This document shows positions 1 through 6,700 of a DNA stretch of 32,180 nt, piece by piece. The stretch is from assembly GCA_900319255.1 (NCBI GenBank), contig ONNU01000158.1:1-32180 (forward strand), in the 5' to 3' direction. The DNA comes from an uncultured Eubacteriales bacterium. GTDB taxonomy: Bacteria; Bacillota; Clostridia; Oscillospirales; Acutalibacteraceae. Position 1 is the first letter of the stretch; every line of letters begins with the position of its first letter. The notes below the pieces were generated by a model. That model had not been told where the DNA came from, did not search any database, and saw only the letters and a program-made list of their open reading frames with translations. Made by a program: the position numbers and the translations under genes.

Positions 1-106
1 AATAAATTATCTTACAATCGCGAGGAAAAAGCCTTGCATGGTCATAACTTACAACGCGAACATGACACCGGCGGCACGCCGGCGCGCCGGCTGCCGGCGT
101 CGGCTC

Positions 107-135
107 TTGCATTTGGCGGAATGTTCAGATATAAT
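107..135 (+). promoter_or_regulatory. Candidate housekeeping-sigma promoter for the response-regulator gene
   Basis: TTGCAT (107-112), a 17-nt spacer, then TATAAT (130-135). This would give a leader of about 150 nt to the ATG at 293. Sequence match only. Confidence 0.5.
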
Positions 136-292
136 AGGTCATAGAGGATAATTGATGGAATGCAGCTGTGTCAGTATATCCTGATACGTAATACGGAGAA
201 TCGGATATGCTGATGCGATGTCAGTCTGATGATCGGAACAATATCCGGATATGGTATGGCTGCGGTAATTATTATTCCAGGGAGAAAGATAT

Positions 293-1099
293 ATGCTTAT
301 ATTTGCAATAGATAACGAACCAGCTATGCTCAGCCGCCTGCAAAGCGCAATAAAAAAAGCAAAGCCGGAAGCGGAGATCATTGGCTTTGATGATTCTGCA
401 GCGCTGCTCAGAATGATAACAGATGAGCAGAAATATCCGGATGTGCTGTTTTCGGAAATTGAGCTTGGAAACGGAGCAAACGGTCTGGAGCTTGCGGTGA
501 AGCTCAGGCAGCTTTCACCAAGGACGAAGATGATCTTTGTCGCAGAGGATCCGCAGTATGCCGTAGAAGCATACCGTATTCACGCTGACGGTTATATTCT
601 GAAACCCGCCGCAGCGGAACGTATCAGCGAGGAGCTGGCATTCCTTGGCCTCACGGAGGAAAGCGCCGGATCGCAGGAAAAACTCCAGGTCAGATGCTTC
701 GGCAGCTTTCAGGTATTCTGGCATGGTGATCCGCTGATATTCAAGCGCTCGAAAACAAGGGAGCTTTTTGCTTTTCTTGTGGATCGGAACGGCGCCGTAT
801 GCAATGGGGAAGAGATAATCGCCGCAATGTGGGAGGGCGAAAGCAATACAAAAGGCGCAAAGCAGTATCTCCGCGCACTGACACAGGATCTGCGGAATAC
901 ACTTATCTCCATCGGAATGGAAGATATATTCGTAAGAAAGCATAATCAATGGGCGATCCGTAAGGATCTGATAGACTGTGATTATTTCCGCCTGCTTGAC
1001 GGAGAGACCGATGCGGTCAATGCCTACCGGGGAGATTATATGGAGCAATACACCTGGGGCGAGTTGACTGCCGCCAAATTACAATATAAAGCTGAATAA
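293..1099 (+). CDS. Orphan atypical response regulator: CheY-like receiver plus SARP/OmpR-type winged-helix DNA-binding domain with a short BTAD-like tail
   Basis: 268-aa ORF with a purine-rich SD-like GGGAGAAAG at 280-288. Receiver motifs are IFAIDNEP and GYILKP (conserved Lys). The winged helix reads LQVRCFGSFQVFWHGDPLIFKRSKTRELFAFLVDRNG...EEIIAAMWE...LRALTQDLRNTL. The tail DYFRLLDG...YRGDYM...W resembles the start of a SARP BTAD. Hand alignment to CheY places Glu at the phospho-acceptor position (DVLFSEIEL). Confidence 0.85.
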   Translation: MLIFAIDNEPAMLSRLQSAIKKAKPEAEIIGFDDSAALLRMITDEQKYPDVLFSEIELGNGANGLELAVKLRQLSPRTKMIFVAEDPQYAVEAYRIHADGYILKPAAAERISEELAFLGLTEESAGSQEKLQVRCFGSFQVFWHGDPLIFKRSKTRELFAFLVDRNGAVCNGEEIIAAMWEGESNTKGAKQYLRALTQDLRNTLISIGMEDIFVRKHNQWAIRKDLIDCDYFRLLDGETDAVNAYRGDYMEQYTWGELTAAKLQYKAE

Positions 1100-1108
1100 A
1101 AAAATCCC

Positions 1109-1146
1109 GGGGCTGCCGCACTACGAAAGCGGCAGCCCCTTTCACT
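1109..1146 (+). terminator. Rho-independent terminator after the regulator gene
   Basis: Perfect 11-bp stem GGGGCTGCCGC (1109-1119) / GCGGCAGCCCC (1129-1139) with a 9-nt loop, followed by a short TTT tract. It starts 10 nt after the stop codon. Confidence 0.7.
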
Positions 1147-1159
1147 ACCATGATAAAAT

Positions 1160-1262
1160 ATTAAATTTTTGTAACAATTCTATATTAGAGATAAATCAAG
1201 TGTTATTTGTAACGCTTTTGTACGCTTTGTGATGTATAATATAACATAATGCATAAAAAAAT
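1160..1262 (+). promoter_or_regulatory. Conserved operon-1 promoter/operator block (copy 1 of 2)
   Basis: Near-identical to 14609-14710. Contains the palindromic box TTGTAACAA (1169-1177). Direct repeats TTGTAAC (1207-1213) and TTGTACG (1218-1224) are 11 bp apart. Perfect TATAAT at 1235-1240. There is no TTGACA-like hexamer at a 16-18 nt spacing. Confidence 0.7.
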
Positions 1263-1375
1263 CTGATTTATTCCCGCATAATCAGGAATGATGAGCATTC
1301 TGACATTCTGCCGTGAGCCTGCGTGGAATGTTGGTGATATATCAGAATAAAAATTTCAGAAAAGAGGTATTTGTT

Positions 1376-1672
1376 ATGACAACAGAAGTAAAAAAAGCAA
1401 ACGGGGCTTACACGATCAAGATAAGCGGAGGTATTGATACCCTTACTGCGCCGGAGCTGGAGCAGACCTTCAAGGAAATCGAGCCGCAGGCAGATAAAGT
1501 CATTTTCGATATGAAAGAGGTCGATTATATTTCATCAGCAGGAATAAGAGTTCTTGTCTATGTACACAGAGCAATGTCATCAAAGGACGGGCTTGTGCTG
1601 CGGGGATTGAATAAAAACGTCAGCACGATCATCAGCCTGACCGGATTTGACAAGGTGCTGACTATCGAGTGA
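1376..1672 (+). CDS. STAS-domain protein (anti-sigma-factor antagonist, SpoIIAA/RsbV-like), paralog 1
   Basis: 98 aa. The ORF-track start (GTG 1313) is trimmed to ATG 1376, which sits 8 nt after AAAGAGG and matches the N terminus of the paralog at 14864. Carries the STAS signature DYISSAGIRVLV, including the Ser that is phosphorylated in SpoIIAA-type proteins, and the C-terminal LTGFDKVL. Confidence 0.9.
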   Translation: MTTEVKKANGAYTIKISGGIDTLTAPELEQTFKEIEPQADKVIFDMKEVDYISSAGIRVLVYVHRAMSSKDGLVLRGLNKNVSTIISLTGFDKVLTIE

Positions 1673-1741
1673 AATATATAAAAAGATTAAGCCGGCAGTT
1701 CATATCAATAACCTGAATTATTCAACCACAGAGGGTTTCAT

Positions 1742-3712
1742 ATGAGAAAATCAATATTTTTTAAGCTTGCCCTGATCCTTATTCCGGTCGTTCTTGTCTG
1801 TGAGCTTGTGCAGCTTTATATTTCATACCGCACGATCTATGACTCAAATCTGAAGACCGTATCAAAGCTGACCGAAAGTACATCATTAACAGTATCGGAG
1901 ATGTTCAGATATTTTGATGAAGACAGCGAAAACGACCAGTATGAATACGGTCTGGAGTTAAGCAGGATGTGCGAGACATGGGGAGTAACATATATTTACG
2001 CCTTAGATGTCGATATAGATAAAAGATCGGAAAAATATCTTGCTATCGGCTTTGGTGAAGATGCGGCGGAGATAGTAAAAAAATCACGCTATGCGGGAGT
2101 TGTGGTGCAGGGAACGGTCAGTGATGCTCAGATACAGGCATACAGGAACAAAGAGAATAGCTTTATCGTTCATGAGAAAACAGAGCTTGATGACACGATA
2201 ACCTGTTACAGCATTTCAAAAGATAAATATGATTATACCAATTATAAGATCGTAAAACGCGATAAGCCGATATTGATAGGCGCAGAGGTATCCTTTTCGG
2301 CGGTCATGAAAGAATCCCGTCAAAGGTTTTTCTCAACAGCTACATATGACCTGATATTTACATTTATGCTTACCCTTGCGATCTTCATTGTGTTTTATCT
2401 GAGAGTCAACGGACCAGTCAGGAGGATAAGCAGCCGCATGAAGAATTTTGTTTCTGACCGTGATAAGGGAGTAGAAAAGCTGAAGGTCAGGGGAAATGAC
2501 GAACTGGCAGAGATGTCCCGTTCATTCAATCTGATGACCGAGGAGATAAACTCATATATCACGAGCATCGACAGCCTTAATAAAGAAAAGCATACTCAGG
2601 AAGCAGAGCTTGACATTGCCCGGAATATCCAGACAGGACTGCTCAAGCCCGGAAGCTATGAAAACGGTTCAGTCAGCATCAATGCTTGTATGCACGCGGC
2701 GAAGAATGTGGGCGGCGATCTGTACGACTATCAGGTATTCGACGACGGCAGGGTATTTATCTGTGTAGCAGACGTATCCGGAAAGGGAATATCAGCGGCA
2801 TTGTTCATGTCAAGGGCGATCACCCTGCTTCATCAGTATGCGCTGCATGATTATTCACCCTCAAGAATGCTTAGAGAATATAATAATACCCTTGCAGAGC
2901 AGAACCCGAACGGTATGTTCATCACGACCTTTGCCGCGGTGTATGATCCGAAAACTCACCAGCTGACATATTCCAATGCGGGACATAATCATCCGTATGT
3001 TATCGCAGATAAGCTTATTGAGCTTGACGGCGCACTGGGCGTTGCAGCCGGAATATTTGAGGGCATGGAATATGAGCAGGAAACGATCACTCTTCACCCG
3101 GGGGATGTTGTATTCCTGTATACGGACGGAGTGAACGAAGCGGAAAACAGCAACGGAGAAATGTACGGCACAGAAGCGCTGGAAAACGAGCTGAGAAAGT
3201 ATATCGGCGCAGCGAAAGGCAATATCTCCGATGAGGTTTTAAGCACGGTCAGGGAGTTTTCAGGTCATGCCGATCAGAGCGATGATATCACCATCCTTAC
3301 GCTGAAGCTTGAACAGGCATCCCTGCATGATGAGATCACCGTAAAAAACCGGGCGGAGAATCTGAAAATTGTAATTGAAAAGATCAACGCTCTGGATATC
3401 AATGAGGAAACAAAAGCACAGCTTCTGCTGATAGCAGAGGAATTGTTTGTCAACATATGTTCCTATGCGTACAAGGGAAAGGACGGAGATATCACCTTTG
3501 TACTGGATATCGGAAACGATCAGGCATCTATGATATTCACAGATGAAGGCGAGCCTTTTGATCCCACCGCTGATCTGATAGATATTGAAGAATATGACCA
3601 CGAGAACAGTATAGGCGGACTTGGACGTTTTCTTGCATTTGAATTGGCAGACGAATATTCATATGCTTATGAAAACGGCAAAAACACGCTGAAAATCATC
3701 AAAAAAATATAA
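1742..3712 (+). CDS. Membrane sensor PP2C (SpoIIE/RsbU-type) serine phosphatase fused to an RsbW/SpoIIAB-like kinase domain
   Basis: 656 aa. Two hydrophobic helices (about aa 5-27 and 197-220) bracket a loop of about 170 aa. A HAMP-like linker follows (NDELAEMSRSFNLMTEEIN). PP2C motifs are ARNIQTGLL, GGDLYDY, VADVSGKG, YTDGVNEA and SDDITILTLK. The C-terminal HATPase_c_2-like part reads AEELFVNICSYAYKG, FTDEGEPFDP and IGGLGRFLAFEL. Confidence 0.9.
   Translation: MRKSIFFKLALILIPVVLVCELVQLYISYRTIYDSNLKTVSKLTESTSLTVSEMFRYFDEDSENDQYEYGLELSRMCETWGVTYIYALDVDIDKRSEKYLAIGFGEDAAEIVKKSRYAGVVVQGTVSDAQIQAYRNKENSFIVHEKTELDDTITCYSISKDKYDYTNYKIVKRDKPILIGAEVSFSAVMKESRQRFFSTATYDLIFTFMLTLAIFIVFYLRVNGPVRRISSRMKNFVSDRDKGVEKLKVRGNDELAEMSRSFNLMTEEINSYITSIDSLNKEKHTQEAELDIARNIQTGLLKPGSYENGSVSINACMHAAKNVGGDLYDYQVFDDGRVFICVADVSGKGISAALFMSRAITLLHQYALHDYSPSRMLREYNNTLAEQNPNGMFITTFAAVYDPKTHQLTYSNAGHNHPYVIADKLIELDGALGVAAGIFEGMEYEQETITLHPGDVVFLYTDGVNEAENSNGEMYGTEALENELRKYIGAAKGNISDEVLSTVREFSGHADQSDDITILTLKLEQASLHDEITVKNRAENLKIVIEKINALDINEETKAQLLLIAEELFVNICSYAYKGKDGDITFVLDIGNDQASMIFTDEGEPFDPTADLIDIEEYDHENSIGGLGRFLAFELADEYSYAYENGKNTLKIIKKI
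3332..3709 (+). other. RsbW/SpoIIAB-like ATPase (anti-sigma kinase) domain within the phosphatase ORF
   Basis: N-box-like E-x-x-x-N-x-x-x-Y-A-Y, G1-like DEG, and a Gly-rich lid GGLG are all present. Boundaries are approximate. Confidence 0.75.
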
Positions 3713-3723
3713 GGAGAGGTACT

Positions 3724-6700
3724 ATGAGCAAACTAACCGGAAAGCTGAAAACAGTCTTTGAGGATTATTGCGATAAAACAGCCGTAACCGAGAGCTTTTC
3801 AGGCAGAAGCATCACCTACAGAGAGCTTGATATTCTCAGCGGAAAAATTGCTGCAAAGCTTAAAGCTGACGGGATCGGAAAAAACGATATCGTTCCGATC
3901 CTTCTTCCGAGAAGCTTTGAATATATCGCTGCCGAAATAGGCGCAATAAAAGCGGGCTGTGCATATGCGCCCCTGCTTGACGAATACCCTGCCGAAAGAA
4001 TAGAGTATATCTGCAGCGACTGCGGCGCAAAGCTTGTGATAGACGAGAAATATTTAAGCTTATCAGCAGAGCTTGACCCGCTGACGGAATACGGTGATAA
4101 CGCAGAAAATGACAAAGCCCTGCTGATATACACCTCCGGCTCCACAGGCAACCCGAAGGGTGTTATCCATACGCATAATTCATTTTACGAGGGTGTCAGA
4201 AGGAATATCCTGAATAACGGAATGAGCAAAAGCGACAGGACGCTTGGCATTATCAACTTCAGCTTTGCTTTGTCGGTAGACGAGGTATATGATACGATCT
4301 TCTCCGGCGCAGAGCTTTTTATGCTTGACAATGAAGAAAGAAAGGATATCCGCTTTGTAAAAAGCGCAATCATAGACAATCATGTCACAGCCCTGTATAT
4401 CAATCCGAATATGCTCAAACGTCTCGATCTGCACGGTTCATCTCTGAGGGTCGCGCAGACGGTAGGCGAGCGTTTGTCGGATTTTTATTCAGACGAATAC
4501 AAGATAATAAATGTTTACGGCGCATCAGAAACATTATGTGCGCTGGCATTTGAACTTGATAAAGCATATGACAATACCCCCGTGGGCAAAGCGGTCGACA
4601 GCTTCCGCGCATATATCATTGATGAAAACGGAAACGAGGCTGCGCCCGGCGCGGAGGGTGAGATATGCGTAGCAGGCGCATTGTCCGACGGTTATCTGAA
4701 TCTGGATGAACAGACAGCGGCTGCGTTTTCAAAAAATCCCTTCTCAGATGATGAAGGCTTCAGGACTATTTATCACACCAATGATATAGGCAAAATGCTG
4801 CCGGACGGCAATATCATCTATGTCAACCGCAAGGACTGGATGGTCAAGGTCAACGGTCAGCGTGTAGAGACCGGGGAGATCGAGGTGCGTATCGCTGCAG
4901 ATGTAGAAGCAGTCGAAACAGCTGTGGTCAAGGCCTTTGAAAATGAATACGGCATGACCTATCTTGCCGCATATTATCAGGTCAGAAAGGGAATGTCGGT
5001 AACTTCTGAGGAAATAGAAGCAGTTCTACGCAAAAAGCTGCCTGATTATATGATACCCCGATTCTTTACGGAGATGGATAAGATCCCCCTGAATGCAAAC
5101 GGAAAGGTTGACCGCAAGTCTATCCTTCCGCCTCAGGCAGCATCCTTCAAGGAGGAATATGCAGCTCCCGAAAACGAAACAGAAAAAATACTGTGTACAG
5201 CTTTTGAAAAGATCCTGCGCTGCGGTCAGGTGGGTATAAATGATGATTTCTTTGCCCTTGGCGGCGATTCTCTGCTTGCAATGAATCTGCAGCTGGACTG
5301 CGGACTGCCGGGACTTTCCACAGAGATGATCTTTGCCGGAAAAACCCCCCGGAGGATAGCAGAAAAGCTTCTGTCCTCTGCGCCCGCTGCGGCCTTTGCA
5401 GCTGAAAAGCTCAGCGAATATCCGTTGAATCCATTTGAGCGCGGAATGTATATTGAGCAGAAGCTTACACCGGGATCAACTATGTATAACCTTATCGGCT
5501 TCTACGAGGTAAGCGGCGCATCTGCTGAAAGCATCAGAGCTGCGCTGGAGGAAATTTTCCGCTCCCATGAAGCATTTCATTCTGTATACCGTGAAAAGGA
5601 CGGAACGATACTTCGCGTACTGGTGGATGAGATCCCTGATATCACGATTGAAAAAACAGATGATATCCGTGAGGGCTATGAAGCTGCAAAGGCGCTGAGC
5701 AAGCCCTATGATCTTTCAGCAGGCATTCCTGCAAGAGCCGTTATCTATACTGACGGACAGAGCTGTCTTGTCGCTTTGTTATATCATCACATCATGTTTG
5801 ACGGCGGAAGCGACGGTATTTTTGCGCGGGAGCTTCTTTCAAGGCTCAGCGGCGGAACTCTCATCACAGATAATTACGACCTCAGCGCAGCATCTCAGGA
5901 GGATAAAGAGGCGGCGTATGATCAGGGCTTTGAGAAATACCGTGAGATGTATTCCGACGGCGTACCTGTTACCGAGCTGCCGCTCAAAAAATCACGCCCG
6001 ATGTACCATCCTCATTCTGATACAAACAGGCAATTCATCATTGACGGCGACTCCCTGCAGAACCTCAGACAAGCCGCAAAAGAAAAGAAAACCACCATAT
6101 TCAATATTCTTCTTGCTTCTCTTGCAGCAACAACGGCAAAATACACTGCATCAGAGGATGTTGTTATCGGTGTGCCGGTAAATGAAAGAGACAGTCTTAC
6201 ACAGAATACCATCGGAATGTTTGTCAATACAGCGCCCCTGCGCATAAGACCCGTTCACGACAGATCAGCAGATGAATATCTGATGGAAGTCAGCGATACG
6301 GTCTCGTCCTTTATCAAAGAAAACCACTGCCCCTATGACCGCCTTGTTGCAGAGCTTGTCAAAGAGCGCAGCGACAGCCGCAATCCATTGTTTGATGTGG
6401 GCATCAACTATATTCCCATGCGCAAAGAGTATGAAAACGGCGGTATCTCTATCAGGACATCATATATCCTCCAGTCCTCCGGCAAGGATATCAATTTTGT
6501 CATGCAGGCAGAGGAAAGCAGGATCACCTGTTATGCACAGTATTCCTCCGAATTGTTTGATGATGATATAATCAGTAATTTCATAGAGCAGTTTATTTTT
6601 ACCGCTGAGAATCTTTGCTCAGGCGCAGGAACTGTACAGGAGGCTGCAAAGCTTCCCCTGATACAGAAGAAAGCGCTGGAGAGCTTCTCTACATCTTCGC

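Noticed and set aside
10-61. Possible terminal inverted repeats of an island. ACAATCGCGAG and ACAACGCGA near the 5' edge (about 15-25 and 52-60) versus the reverse complement of TCGCGTGTTA near the 3' edge (about 32158-32172).
   Set aside because: Only a match of about 6-9 nt with mismatches. The window edges are arbitrary, and no transposase, integrase or tRNA is nearby. This is too weak to call.
139-381. 80-aa minus-strand ORF overlapping the regulator's promoter, leader and start.
   Set aside because: No SD and no recognisable motif. It overlaps a well-supported + strand gene start and a good promoter match.
1251-1262. Alternative-sigma (sigma-B or sigma-F/G type) promoter signatures in the conserved blocks. 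One example is the conserved GCATA downstream of the -10. They were sought because partner-switching systems usually control such sigma factors.
   Set aside because: No consistently spaced GGGTAT-like or GG-x-x-A-x-A-type -10 partner is found in both copies. The perfect TATAAT points to the housekeeping sigma factor acting with an activator.
1313-1375. 5' extensions offered by the ORF track: GTG 1313 for STAS-1, TTG 15362 for NRPS 2, ATG 27321 for exporter 2.
   Set aside because: In each case an internal ATG (1376, 15383, 27462) lies 5-8 nt after a strong SD-like sequence. For STAS-1 that start matches the paralog's N terminus. The 27321 start would overlap the NRPS coding region by 130 nt.
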